Source of the DNA: Leptonemataceae bacterium
GTDB taxonomy: Bacteria; Spirochaetota; Leptospiria; Leptospirales; Leptonemataceae
Length of the DNA stretch: 64,000 nucleotides
Assembly (NCBI GenBank): GCA_965227295.1
Contig: OZ245742.1
Coordinates: 1,952,001-2,016,000, forward strand
Reading direction: 5' to 3'
The notes below the pieces were generated by a model, which was given only the letters and a program-made list of their open reading frames with translations, made no database searches and was not told the origin of the DNA. Below are positions 28,817-39,852 of this stretch, piece after piece. Every line of letters starts with the position of its first letter. The stretch's first letter is position 1. The position numbers were made by a program, and so were the translations under genes.

Positions 28817-30715
28817 CTACTCTTTTCCCGTTACGGCCAGGCCGCTTACGTGGAATACCGTAGCTTTCACCAGGTAATCCTTAAGAATTCCCGCGAGTTT
28901 GTGGTCGAGACTCGACGGATTGCCGTCGTTCAGGATCTCGTCGATCTTCGGGCGCAGCCACTGAAGTTGGTGCGGATAGCGGGCGTCCCGGCGAAACAGG
29001 ACGATGGTATCCCGGCTGTGTTCGTCGATGGAGAGCTGTTTAAACTCGGCGTCCTCAAGGAACTTCTGCAACTTGCGGCTGTCGCTCATACCGAGGCTGC
29101 TTGCGAGCTCCGAGAACGTGGCCACGTGGCCGTCCTGGTAGATCTTTTCCACGGCGGCGGTGACGTTTTCTATGGTGAGCAGGCTTTCGTCGGGAGCGCC
29201 GGGTGTCGCGGTACTGCCGGCCGCGCCGTTCGGATTCGAACGCACGGCGGGCGCGAACTCCGGCGGACGCATGGCGTTTTCCACGGCGAGGCCGTGCTGT
29301 TCTTCGCGCATTTTGTTCTCGCCGTAACGCAAGCAGAAGTTCACCAGGAAGGGCAGGCCCATCAAAAGACGCAGCAGGAACGGCAGATAGTTCGTGTAAA
29401 CCTTCTTCTGCAGTTCGGCAAAGACCGGCATGAAGTCGTCGTCGAAGAAGAGGGTCTTCAGGGTTTTTTCCCGATGCGCCTCGATGAGCCCCAGCAGGGC
29501 GCCCAACTGCCATTGCGGGGTCCCCGGTATTCGCATGAATTCACTAACTAACGTTTTTATGATGTTAAAGTCCCGCGGCGCGAAGACGTGCATGCGCCGG
29601 CCTTTGGTCTCCCAGAGGGCGTGCAGGATTTCGTCCGGCCGCGTGGTGATCGCCTGCCAGACCACCGGATGGTACTCGTAGCGTTCTTTTTCCGAGAGAA
29701 AACGCAGCGACTTGCGCAGGGTCCCTTCCCGGGAATAGAGCAGGTCCCGGAATTCCTCAATGCTCTTGCGGATGCGTTCTTTCCATTGGGATTGTTTCGC
29801 GTAACGTACGCGCTCGTAAAGTTTGCGTACGAAGCGTGCGGCCAGGAGGTTCGGTGCATTGTCGTCGTGCTGGAGGATGAGATCCGCGCGTTTGAGATCC
29901 AGTTCCACGGTGGGCTCGGCGTCCGGGATGCGCTGGTGTTCCGTTTCCGAGCGCCGGACTTCTTCTACCGTGCGCGCGAGATCCGGATGCTCCTCGGCGA
30001 GGCGCGTGACCGCCGTACGCAGATGACCCGCGGCCGCATCGTACCAGTCGGCATACTTCTTTTCCGGAAACGGGACAATGCTCTGCTCGTCGAACTCCAC
30101 CGCGCGGTCCCGGGCCAGGAGTCGCGTGCGGACATCCGTCGCGAAGATTTTCAGGAAGTCCTGGCGAATGGGGAAGTCTTCGGCGCCCTTTTTTGCCAGG
30201 CGCAGGATCGTCTCCTCGTCGATCAGGATTCCGTCTTCATCGAGGAAACGTCCCTCGCCCTGGAGCAGGTTCTGTAATCCGGCGATGGAATCCAGGGACT
30301 CGACCCACAGCTCGATCTGTTTCATGGAACGTTCGAGCAGCTCTTCAAAGATGCCGGCCAGCACGCGCAGGTCCTCCCGGCGGGCGGCGAAGCACGGCTG
30401 CAATCCGAGGGCCCCGTTCCGGAACTCGAAACAGAAGAAGGCGTACATGAAATCGCCGGTGATCAGGCGGCTCAGGCTGCCCTGCAGGGCGGTCCCGGTC
30501 ATGCCGCTCTCGTCGGCGAGGGCGACCAGGCTCTCGTAGGTGGCCAGGCGGATCTCCTCCTGGTTGCCGATGCGGGTGCGCTCGCGGATGGCGCGCAGGA
30601 TACTGCGTTCTCCGCGATCGGGTTCGATACTGCGGTAGTAATCCCCGCGCTCACGCAGGGCGCTGGTGATGCGGTCCTCGAAGTGGGCCGGGACGTGATC
30701 GGGAACTGCGGCCAT
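28817..30715 (-). CDS. Hypothetical protein
   Basis: 632-aa ORF with strong host codon bias; no motif recognised. Confidence 0.75.
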   Translation of the reverse strand: MAAVPDHVPAHFEDRITSALRERGDYYRSIEPDRGERSILRAIRERTRIGNQEEIRLATYESLVALADESGMTGTALQGSLSRLITGDFMYAFFCFEFRNGALGLQPCFAARREDLRVLAGIFEELLERSMKQIELWVESLDSIAGLQNLLQGEGRFLDEDGILIDEETILRLAKKGAEDFPIRQDFLKIFATDVRTRLLARDRAVEFDEQSIVPFPEKKYADWYDAAAGHLRTAVTRLAEEHPDLARTVEEVRRSETEHQRIPDAEPTVELDLKRADLILQHDDNAPNLLAARFVRKLYERVRYAKQSQWKERIRKSIEEFRDLLYSREGTLRKSLRFLSEKERYEYHPVVWQAITTRPDEILHALWETKGRRMHVFAPRDFNIIKTLVSEFMRIPGTPQWQLGALLGLIEAHREKTLKTLFFDDDFMPVFAELQKKVYTNYLPFLLRLLMGLPFLVNFCLRYGENKMREEQHGLAVENAMRPPEFAPAVRSNPNGAAGSTATPGAPDESLLTIENVTAAVEKIYQDGHVATFSELASSLGMSDSRKLQKFLEDAEFKQLSIDEHSRDTIVLFRRDARYPHQLQWLRPKIDEILNDGNPSSLDHKLAGILKDYLVKATVFHVSGLAVTGKE

Positions 30716-30811
30716 AGGACAACATTCCGGTAACTGGACGGTCGTCTATAGAATTTGCGAGGAATACTTGTTCCGCCCGGTTTTTCCGCTTCGCCCTATC
30801 TTGCGAAAGAT

Positions 30812-31974
30812 CTACAGCCAGAGGTTGATCAACGACGCGCCGTCGACGCGGTCCAGTTCCCGCGGTCGGCCGTATTCCAGGACCAGGGGCGCGCCGTCCG
30901 TGCCGATGTCCCAGAGCTGCCCTTTGAGAAAGACGTTGATCCCGCGGAAGATGCGGTAGCGCGGCAGTCGGGCCGGCATGGAGTATCGCATCCAGGCCTC
31001 GCCCTCACTCAGTCGGCCGACGTCGCGGGGGCTCACGTCCGCCGGGGCGTCGGCGCCGTTGTAACCCGGCCAGGGTTTGTCCCAGGCATCGTGGGCGGCG
31101 AGATGCGAGACCACCGCCACGAAGTCCGCATCCTGGCGGGCGAGGTCGGCGTAAACGTCGGGGTACCAGGCGTCCGCGCAAATCAGTACGCCCAGCCGAC
31201 CGGCCGGCGTTTCGTAGACCGGGATGCTGCCGTCGGCGTGGCCTTCCAGAAAAGCGAGTTCCTGGTTCGTGGGATAGCGTTTGCGCACGATGCGCTCCGA
31301 TACCGAACCATCCGCATAAAATACAAAGCTCACGTTTTGCAACGGCCCGCCGCCGGGAACGATGCGACCGGCCTGGACCCGCGGCTCGGGCAGGACGATG
31401 GAACCGCCGACGATGGTCAGGTTGTAACGCTGCGCCAGGCGTGAGAAGGTTCGTTGATAGGCCGCGGCCATTTCCGGGGCCCGCATACGCAGCAGGGCGG
31501 CCTGCGCGGGTTCGGCGGGCCCCGGATGCGTGCTGAGCGTGCTGATGAGTTGCGGCAGGAAGCGATGCAACCGCGTGCTGATGAGATGGCTCATGGCCGC
31601 GCTGACGTTTTCGGAAGTGTACGCGTCGGGCGGGGCGCCGATAGCCACGAGCCAGGTGCCGATCTGCTCCGGAAAGACGACGACGGTCCTGGCGGAGAGC
31701 CAGCCCCGGTGATCCTTCGCCGGGGCGAGAGTCGCGTCCAGCCGCCGCTCGAAGCTTGCCGCCGATGTGTAGTCCTGCGGCGTGAGATAAGGTTGCACTC
31801 CAAGTAAGTTACCGTTCCCGGACGGACGACCGAAGCTCTCGATGCGCTCGATCTTTGCGGGCAGGCTGGCTCCGGCGTCGGTTGTTGTGGGCGGAACGGG
31901 CGTGAGCCAGGCCGCGCGCAATAGATAGAAGCCGGCGACGCCGGCGATGAGGATGCGCAGGATGAGGGAGACGT

Positions 31975-31978
<4 letters not shown>
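30812..31978 (-). CDS. Carbon-nitrogen hydrolase (nitrilase superfamily), membrane-anchored
   Basis: VVFPEQIG (Glu), RKRYP (Lys), GVLICADAWYP (Cys) catalytic triad. Confidence 0.85.
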
Positions 31979-32640
<662 letters not shown>

Positions 32641-32643
32641 GCT

Positions 32644-33666
32644 TTATCCGCGCAGATCGGCCCATCGTGTAAACGATTCTTCGACGGCGCTCTGGAAATC
32701 ATGGCGGCCCAGAATGAAGGCGGTGACGTGCCCGTAGTCGAGCCAGCGCTGTTCGGAGCCGGCGTTGTGTTGATGGCAGATGTTCGTGGAGTAGGCGGGG
32801 ATGTATTGATCGCGGCGGCCGCCGAGGATGAGGCAGGCCTCCGGCGCGGCGACCGGCGGCAGGTGTCGTAAATCGGAAAGGTCCAGGACGTCGATGAGTT
32901 TGCGGCGAGGATCTTCGTGCGGGTAGTCCCGGCCCAGGCGCTCCCAGTCCACTTTACGCGCGAGGATGCCCTCGCTGTAAACCGGCGTTGCCGAGTGGGA
33001 CGGGATGCAGGCGGCCACGGCCAGGGGACGGCGATACCGTGCGGCTACGGCCAGCGCCATGTAACCGCCCATGCTGACGCCGGTGACTCCCAGGCAGCGA
33101 CGCCCCCGGCCGCGAAACCAATCGAGGAGGGCGATGCCTTCTTCCTGAGCGGCGCGCGACATTTGCAGTAAGTCGATGACGCGTTCGGAATTCGAAGTGG
33201 CCTGCTGCTGCGGTCGCCGGCTGCCGTACAGGGGATTCTCAAGTATGAGCGCGCCGATCTTTTGTTTCAGCAACGGCCCCGCGATCATCGTGCGGCGGCG
33301 GCCGTAGCCCTCGTCACCGGTAGCGGCATAGTGCAAAGCCAGGGGCGTGTCCGCGTCGGCATCGTTCGGTTCCAGCCACAGAAAACGGGCGGTGCGGGTG
33401 CCCTCGGGCAGTTGATCGAGCTCGCGGCGCCGGCCGTTTTGCCAGGTGTATTGAAACGGGCTTTCAAAGAATCCCTCCCGGGCGGTACCGCCGGGAACGG
33501 CCACGGCCTCCGTCCAGCGTATGTCGTGAATCTTCGGGCGTTGCTGGTTGCGGTTTAGCTTTTGGGCGCTGGAAGTTAAGAGATAGTCGATGAGTTCCGG
33601 CCGGCCCCAGCCCTGGCTAAAAAACGGTTTTCGATTCGCCACCCCGGCATACAGTCTGTCTATCAC
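32644..33666 (-). CDS. Alpha/beta hydrolase (ABHD18/DUF2048-like)
   Basis: FFSQGWG, ATGDEG, LENPLYGSRRP, GVSMGG nucleophile elbow, DQYIP, GHV. Start GTG 33666 inferred. Confidence 0.85.
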   Translation of the reverse strand: MIDRLYAGVANRKPFFSQGWGRPELIDYLLTSSAQKLNRNQQRPKIHDIRWTEAVAVPGGTAREGFFESPFQYTWQNGRRRELDQLPEGTRTARFLWLEPNDADADTPLALHYAATGDEGYGRRRTMIAGPLLKQKIGALILENPLYGSRRPQQQATSNSERVIDLLQMSRAAQEEGIALLDWFRGRGRRCLGVTGVSMGGYMALAVAARYRRPLAVAACIPSHSATPVYSEGILARKVDWERLGRDYPHEDPRRKLIDVLDLSDLRHLPPVAAPEACLILGGRRDQYIPAYSTNICHQHNAGSEQRWLDYGHVTAFILGRHDFQSAVEESFTRWADLRG

Positions 33667-33693
33667 GCGCGGCCTCCGCTGTGTACCTTTCCT

Positions 33694-34956
33694 ATGACGG
33701 TCAGCTCTCCCGAAAACAAAGAAATCATCAGCACGTGTCTCGTGGTATCCGGCGTGGGTGCCCTGGCGTCGTTTTTGGGCATCGGTTCCGATGTGCGCAA
33801 TCTGCCGGAAATCTACACCGCCGCGGCCGTGACGATTCGGTCCGTATTCGGGCTGCTGTTCTTCGCCGGCGTGATCGTGGCCTGGCGTCGACCCGAAGTT
33901 GCTGTTCGCTATCATACGCACATTGTGCTCGCCGGGGCCTTGTTGTCCTTTGTGTATCTGACCTGGCTCGACGTCGCTTCCGGGGATTATACTCGTTCCG
34001 CTTATAACCGGAGTCTCATCGTGCCGAGCATCGCCGTGCTCGTGTTCCGGCGCATGGGTTTTAAACGTCAGACGGCAGCCCTCGTTTTCGCCCTGGTCTT
34101 CTACGGCACTTCCATCAGCTTTGTCTACGAAGTCAGTTTGTTCGGGGCGCGGCCCGCCGACCGGTACTTTCAGGATTTGATGAACGATCTTTTTCAGATT
34201 CTCCTGGTCCTGCTGCTGGTATTTCAGCGCTACAAAGCCTATCAGAACGAGGAGGTCCGTCTAAGGGAGGCGCTTAAGAACGCGAACGACGTGAAATCCG
34301 AAATCATCGCTAAAGTGAATCATGAACTGCAGGTGCCGCTGCTCGGTCTGCTCGCGAACCTGGATTCCCTGGAGAAGGGCCTCGGCCGCGGGGACCAGGA
34401 TCGCATGCAGCGCGTCATTGACCGCAGTTACAACTACTGCATCTATCAGCGGACCCTGGTGAACAACATGATTTACGCGTCCACATCGGACGAACATCTG
34501 CCGTTTCATGTCGATCGCAGCGCCCGGGCTTCGCTGCAGGAGTGTTACCGAAAATCCGCCGAGTTGGTGGGAGACATTCACGACGGAGAGATTCGCGCCG
34601 GTAAGCCGCCCGCGGTGGAGGTCTCCTGCCAGAACGAGATATTGATGATCATCCTGATCAACATCCTTTCGAACTGCGCGGAGCACTCCAGTAACGTTGA
34701 GTTACAGTGGACGCAACTTAAAGACACGGTGGTGATGCATACGAAAAACAGTCTGGTGACACCTATCGACGTCGACGCGATTTTTCAGAAATGGACAAGC
34801 AGTCGTCGAGATGGTACAAAGCCGATCCTCGGTCTCGGCCTGAACATCGCCCGGGATCTGATCCAGCGAAGCGGCGGTACGATTCAGGCCCGGGAGGAGT
34901 CCGGTGAAGACGGCCGCCGGCTGTTTTATCTGGATGTATCCTTGCCGTGCGGCTGA
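33694..34956 (+). CDS. Membrane sensor histidine kinase
   Basis: About 5-6 TM helices at the N-terminus; H-box KVNHELQVPL, N-box NILSNCAEHS, LGLGLNIARDLIQRSGG. Confidence 0.88.
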   Translation: MTVSSPENKEIISTCLVVSGVGALASFLGIGSDVRNLPEIYTAAAVTIRSVFGLLFFAGVIVAWRRPEVAVRYHTHIVLAGALLSFVYLTWLDVASGDYTRSAYNRSLIVPSIAVLVFRRMGFKRQTAALVFALVFYGTSISFVYEVSLFGARPADRYFQDLMNDLFQILLVLLLVFQRYKAYQNEEVRLREALKNANDVKSEIIAKVNHELQVPLLGLLANLDSLEKGLGRGDQDRMQRVIDRSYNYCIYQRTLVNNMIYASTSDEHLPFHVDRSARASLQECYRKSAELVGDIHDGEIRAGKPPAVEVSCQNEILMIILINILSNCAEHSSNVELQWTQLKDTVVMHTKNSLVTPIDVDAIFQKWTSSRRDGTKPILGLGLNIARDLIQRSGGTIQAREESGEDGRRLFYLDVSLPCG

Positions 34957-35639
34957 AAGGGTACCGGCTCCCGGACCCAGGGCAATTCCGCGCAGAGACG
35001 CAAATCCAGAGCCGTCACGAAGCTCGTGCCGATGTACGACCTGGGCGCACTGAGAGTCAGGGAGGGAACCTTAAGCATACGCCGCAAGAACTGGTTTACC
35101 AGTTCATCGCTTTCCACGATGCAGTAAGTCGCCCCCATGTTTTCGTTCATCAAAAAAAGATGCCGCGCCATTCGCTGAAAAATGCGCATGCCGTCCGCCC
35201 AACGGTAGCCGGCGTCCACAACGGCCGCCGTATCCATGCAAAAATGGCTGCCGTGCCACAGAGAATCGACAGGGACGTTCCAGCGGCGAGCCAGTTCGCG
35301 GAAGTCGACGTCGAATATCTTCTCGGCCGCGAAGCGGGTATCCGGTTGCCAGCGTACGCAACGGTAACCGCCGATGATGGACGAAGGGGCATCCGCTTCC
35401 GACCAGAGGGCCGCCATATAGACGCCGTGCTCGGCCATACTCAGTTCTTCCGCGATCAAGGAATTGATCTCGTCTTCGTCCGCCGACCAGCCCTGACGTC
35501 GGCCGATGCGCCGCGCATACAGGTCGAATACGAAGCGCGCAAATTCTTCGATTCGGTCCAGGCCGAGTTGCGCTATAGTGATGGTGTCGGAAAGATGTTC
35601 CAGAATTCTGGTTTGCTCGGGACATGGGTATGCGTACAT
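34926..35639 (-). CDS. LuxI/FeeM-like GNAT-fold acyltransferase (putative signal synthase)
   Basis: RRQGW, IIGGYRCV, EKIF and LWHGSHFCMD resemble the LuxI blocks; AGAGG RBS upstream. Confidence 0.6.
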   Translation of the reverse strand: MYAYPCPEQTRILEHLSDTITIAQLGLDRIEEFARFVFDLYARRIGRRQGWSADEDEINSLIAEELSMAEHGVYMAALWSEADAPSSIIGGYRCVRWQPDTRFAAEKIFDVDFRELARRWNVPVDSLWHGSHFCMDTAAVVDAGYRWADGMRIFQRMARHLFLMNENMGATYCIVESDELVNQFLRRMLKVPSLTLSAPRSYIGTSFVTALDLRLCAELPWVREPVPFQPHGKDTSR

Positions 35640-35701
35640 TGTGTACCTCTCTTGTGTTTAATTTTTGACTTCTGTGAGGAGTCCGTGAATTTGTTCCGGC
35701 G

Positions 35702-36397
35702 ATGCGGAGTGCACAGTTCATGCATATGGGAAAGGACCGGCCGAAGAATGCAAAACACAGGGTCTACCTGGTGGACGATGAGGTGATCGTCCGTGCCTGG
35801 TTGAAGGATCGTATCGAGGAAGAGGATGATCTGGAGTGCGCCGGGGAAGCCCGGAACGGTGATCACGCCGTAGATTATCTAACGGGACATCCCGGCTCCA
35901 TCGATCTGGTAATACTCGACCTGGCGATGCCCGGTCGCGACGGCTTTGAGGTCCTGAATGATCTTACGAACTGCCAGCCCGACGCCCGGGTGCTGATCTA
36001 TACGCAACACCGCGACCCTGAATTCGTGCGCCGCTGCCGTCGCCGCTGCCAGGGATACATGCTGAAAGACGAGCCCGTGGCGAACATCATGCCCGTCATC
36101 CATCTGATTCTGAGCGGAGAATCGTACTATTCTCCGGGCCTGGAGGCGCCGGAGTTCAACGCGCGCAGCGAGGGCGTGCTGGCGGATTTTAAGATTCGGC
36201 TGACGAAACTTACGCCCAGTGAGCGAGAGGTGGTGATCTGCACGGCCCGCGGGATGACCAGCCGGGACGCCGGCAAACACCTGGGCAAGAGTCACCGGAC
36301 AGTGGAAGAGCAGCTGCGTAAAATCTATCGCAAGCTCGGCGTAAACAATAAAGCGGAACTTGCGCAGTTTGCAGTACGCTCAAATCTCCTTGCATGA
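35702..36397 (+). CDS. NarL/FixJ-type response regulator (REC + LuxR HTH)
   Basis: LVDDE, LDLAMPGRDG, GYMLKD; LTPSEREV...HRTVEEQLRKIYRKLGV. Start may be ATG 35726. Confidence 0.93.
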   Translation: MRSAQFMHMGKDRPKNAKHRVYLVDDEVIVRAWLKDRIEEEDDLECAGEARNGDHAVDYLTGHPGSIDLVILDLAMPGRDGFEVLNDLTNCQPDARVLIYTQHRDPEFVRRCRRRCQGYMLKDEPVANIMPVIHLILSGESYYSPGLEAPEFNARSEGVLADFKIRLTKLTPSEREVVICTARGMTSRDAGKHLGKSHRTVEEQLRKIYRKLGVNNKAELAQFAVRSNLLA

Positions 36398-36608
36398 GCG
36401 TTTTCATTCAACGCTTTTCTATATCTTACGTAGTACTACATAAATTTCAGCCCGGAATTACGCGTCTTTCGGCGGAAAATCTTGCGACCCTGCGTCCTGT
36501 TTCTTTCGTCCAACGCGCACCGAAAAATATTGCAGCTCCGCCGCCTGCGGCTGATTATGTTGTCACGCAGGGCGGAGACGCGGGCGTTCGGGACAAGGTG
36601 GTACTTCT

Positions 36609-37004
36609 ATGAAACGAAAAGGTCTTACAATGGCGGTAGCGATTTTATGTTTGCTCACGGCGAGTGCGCTTACCGCGGAAGATGGTGCGAAACTCACGGA
36701 GGAGCAGAAGATCGAAAAGCTCCTCGCGGCCATCAGTTCTTCGAATGCCGTTTTCATTCGCAACGGCATCGAGTACGGCGCCGAGGCGGCCGTGGCGCAC
36801 ATGCGTCTAAAACTCTCGCGCTCGGGCGGAATGATCACGACGGCCGATCGTTTCATCGAGTATATTGCAACGAAGTCGTCTATTACAGGTATTCCGTACT
36901 ACATAAAGTTCCAGGACGGAACGAAAGTAAAGAGCGCCGACTGGCTGCGCGCACGGTTGCAGGAGATCGAAGAGCCGGAGGCCTGCTGCTCCATCTCTAA
37001 GTAA
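36609..37004 (+). CDS. DUF5329-like exported protein
   Basis: Signal peptide; FIRNG, AHMRLK, TADRFIEYIATKSSITGIPY. Confidence 0.8.
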   Translation: MKRKGLTMAVAILCLLTASALTAEDGAKLTEEQKIEKLLAAISSSNAVFIRNGIEYGAEAAVAHMRLKLSRSGGMITTADRFIEYIATKSSITGIPYYIKFQDGTKVKSADWLRARLQEIEEPEACCSISK

Positions 37005-37590
37005 CGTCTTCGGCGCCGGCGGCCTCGTGATCGTCGGCCGCGTCTTCGTCTTCAGCCCCGCTCGTGTCGTCCTCCGCCGGCACGGCCCCGGTGAACTTGC
37101 GCACGGTGAGTACGAGATACAGCCGGCCGTAGTAACGTCGCTCGCGCCGGTCCCGCAGAAAGAAGATCATGATGTACTGGCGGTAGGTTCTGCCGTCCAC
37201 GCGGACCAGTTGATGGTTCAGGTTTTCCGGCGGTTCCAGATCCACGTTGAATCCGCCGTCCTGCAGTTCGAAGACGATGTTCGAGGCCAGCTGGTTGCTG
37301 AATTCCAGCACGATGGAATCGGCCATGCCCCGCAGGCCGGCGTCGATTTGAAAACGTTCCGCGATGCGCGGTAGCAGCTTGAGTTTCGTATAACCGTCGA
37401 GGCAAAAGTAGAGATAACCGTTGATGTCGCCGGAAAAACCGATGCGCGAACAGCTTTCGTAGCACAACCCCTCGTTGCGGGACGGCCCGTAGGCCTCTTT
37501 GTCCGCGCTGATGTACAGGTTTTCCTTGAAGAACTCGGTGGTGATCCGGTTCAGCGTCAGGATGATCTTTTCGTCGAGCAGCGGATCCAT
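36997..37590 (-). CDS. CheX-like chemotaxis phosphatase
   Basis: IGFSGDING and LEFSNQLAS (ExxN motif), followed by LEPP. Confidence 0.7.
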   Translation of the reverse strand: MDPLLDEKIILTLNRITTEFFKENLYISADKEAYGPSRNEGLCYESCSRIGFSGDINGYLYFCLDGYTKLKLLPRIAERFQIDAGLRGMADSIVLEFSNQLASNIVFELQDGGFNVDLEPPENLNHQLVRVDGRTYRQYIMIFFLRDRRERRYYGRLYLVLTVRKFTGAVPAEDDTSGAEDEDAADDHEAAGAEDVT

Positions 37591-37619
37591 GCCGTAATTT
37601 AACTTTCAGTACGATTAAG

Positions 37620-39689
37620 TTACGTAAGTCGATCTTCCATCTGGAAGGCCAGGGCTTCGCCGACACCCTCGTAGACCCGAAAGCGATTCGGTCCCAGGCG
37701 TTCGCATTGTTCGAGGGCCGTGCCGGCCCGGCGAAACCATTCGTAGGCCGAGGCCGGTCCGCCCTGCTCCGCCAGCACCGCGATGCCGACGTTCAGGTCC
37801 ACCGCCTCACGTTCGCGGGCGTAGGTGAGGTACTCGCCGAAGCGACGTTCGAGTTCTTCCGCGGGCATCTCCGGTCCGAGTACGGCGAAGACGTCCGCTG
37901 CGATGCGATAACGGCGCCAGGGTGACGGAAAGAAGGCCCGCAACATGAGGCCGAGGTTCGCGAAGCTCTCGGGATTCGTACGCCCGTGAAAACGCAGGAG
38001 CGTGAGTGCGCGCGGGATGCGAACTTCTCGTTTCAATGCGAACTCGTGCAACAGATCGCGTTGAAACATGAGGCCGTTGCTGAGCGTGGAACCGCCGTCG
38101 CTGGTCGCCTGTTCAAAGATGCGTGCCTGGTACAGCAGCTCGCCGAACTTGCGGATCTCGTACCAGGCCTCGGTCAGAGCTTCGCGATTGTAGAGCGGAG
38201 CCTCGGAGCGAATGCGCAGCATGCCGGGAATGCCCTCGCGGGACGGAACCGGAAAGAACATCTCGCGACCGTCGTCCAGGGCGACGTAGTTGCCGTCGCC
38301 GAGTTTCTGGATGAGCTTCGGCGGGACGGTGCTCTCTTCACTGATGGCGGCTCCGGAAATGAAAATGTTCCCGCTGCGACGCATCACGGCATGGTAACGT
38401 CCGCGACGATTTCTTAAGTAAAGCGTAATGTCCGCGCGGCCCAGGCAGTCTTCGACGGCGCCGAGAAAACTTTTTGCGAAGGACTCCACGTTGGCCGCGT
38501 CTTCGGGAAAACCCGGCTGATCATGATAACGATAAAAACGAAAGTCGAAGTACGACGAACCGCCGGCGGCCCGGCTCTCATCACGCAGATGAAAGTAACG
38601 CGTAGTGAAATCCAGATCGTCCGGGGGAACGGGTTCCCGAATCGGAGCAAGCACGGATTGAAAGCCGGGCAGGTTCCAGCGTTCCTGCTCGAACTCGTAA
38701 TGTTCCTCGGCCGCGGGTTGCGCGGCGCGCTCTTCCAGGTGTGCGCGCAGGTCCTGCTGCTCGCGCGAGGACAGTGGTCGGTCGAACAGAAAGTTTTTGG
38801 GATCGTTCCATTCGCGGACCGTGTTCTCGATCTCGGCCTCGAAGGCGGCCGGTTTACGGCGCGGGCGATCGTGTACGGGCAGGGCGTCGACGGGCATGGG
38901 CCGTGTCCGGGGTTCTCCGGCCGGGGGCAGGTCGATTTCATCGGCGAAGATGTCCGCGTCGTCGACGGCAGCGCTGTCGCCGCCTTCCAGCGGGCGATCG
39001 GGGTCGGGCCAGGTTTCCGTTTCTACGTTAATCGTTCGTGAGTGAAAGTTACGCGGGCGCAGGCGGTGCAGGCTGATCAAAGCCAGGGCCAGACCCAGGG
39101 CGATCATGGCGCCGCCGATGTACGGGGCCGCTTCTTCGAAACGCAAGAAGAACCAGCGGGATACCGACTGCGGCGCGCCGTAGAGATTGCGGGCCCGGCG
39201 TTGGGCAATGCGGATCGACTCGTACACGTAACGAACGACGGCGTCTTCGGTGCGGCCCTCTTCTTTCAGAAGCTGCACTTCGCGACTCATCGTATAGTAA
39301 CGACCGGAACGCCGGGCCTCCGCCGTCGGAGTGGATTCCTCGAAAGATTTTTCCAGGCGCTTCAGTTGATCCTGCGAAATACGTTGCGGATCATAGGAGC
39401 GGTAGATCACTACTCCGCCGCGAGTCTCGACGCGCAGGTATGCCAGGTTGTGTTTTTCGAGAATCTTACGACCGACCAGCGCCAGCCGATCTCCGGCCAG
39501 GGGATAACCTTGAAATCCGCGGCGCACATCCATCAGCACGTCGTGCGTGGACGGATGACGATCCTCGGGCGGATTCAGCGGCAGAAACTCGCCGCTGCCG
39601 TACGCGGCGAAGAGACCGACGACGACGATCAAGAAGCCCGCGCATAACGCGGAAACGAAGATAGCGATGGAACGGGAACCTGACTCCAC
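37620..39689 (-). CDS. Membrane protein with a degenerate C-terminal GGDEF-like domain
   Basis: 2 TM helices and an acidic linker; YRIAADVFAVL, NVGIA and AL..CERLGPNRF resemble GGDEF, but the GGDEF motif itself is missing. Confidence 0.65.
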   Translation of the reverse strand: MESGSRSIAIFVSALCAGFLIVVVGLFAAYGSGEFLPLNPPEDRHPSTHDVLMDVRRGFQGYPLAGDRLALVGRKILEKHNLAYLRVETRGGVVIYRSYDPQRISQDQLKRLEKSFEESTPTAEARRSGRYYTMSREVQLLKEEGRTEDAVVRYVYESIRIAQRRARNLYGAPQSVSRWFFLRFEEAAPYIGGAMIALGLALALISLHRLRPRNFHSRTINVETETWPDPDRPLEGGDSAAVDDADIFADEIDLPPAGEPRTRPMPVDALPVHDRPRRKPAAFEAEIENTVREWNDPKNFLFDRPLSSREQQDLRAHLEERAAQPAAEEHYEFEQERWNLPGFQSVLAPIREPVPPDDLDFTTRYFHLRDESRAAGGSSYFDFRFYRYHDQPGFPEDAANVESFAKSFLGAVEDCLGRADITLYLRNRRGRYHAVMRRSGNIFISGAAISEESTVPPKLIQKLGDGNYVALDDGREMFFPVPSREGIPGMLRIRSEAPLYNREALTEAWYEIRKFGELLYQARIFEQATSDGGSTLSNGLMFQRDLLHEFALKREVRIPRALTLLRFHGRTNPESFANLGLMLRAFFPSPWRRYRIAADVFAVLGPEMPAEELERRFGEYLTYAREREAVDLNVGIAVLAEQGGPASAYEWFRRAGTALEQCERLGPNRFRVYEGVGEALAFQMEDRLT

Positions 39690-39852
39690 CTTTTGAACAT
39701 CGGTCCGGGATTCGAAAGCGTGCAGGAAAAAAGCGGACGTTCAGTCGGCGTGTTCCCTGAAAATTTCCCCGGCCTGGCGGCGGATTTCGCTCAGTTCCTC
39801 CGGTCGTTTGCGATCGAGATTCTTCAATTGTAAGGCGACGCCGCAACCCAAA

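Noticed and set aside
35702..36397. Canonical AHL-binding LuxR
   Set aside because: The N-terminus is a phospho-receiver domain, not an autoinducer-binding domain
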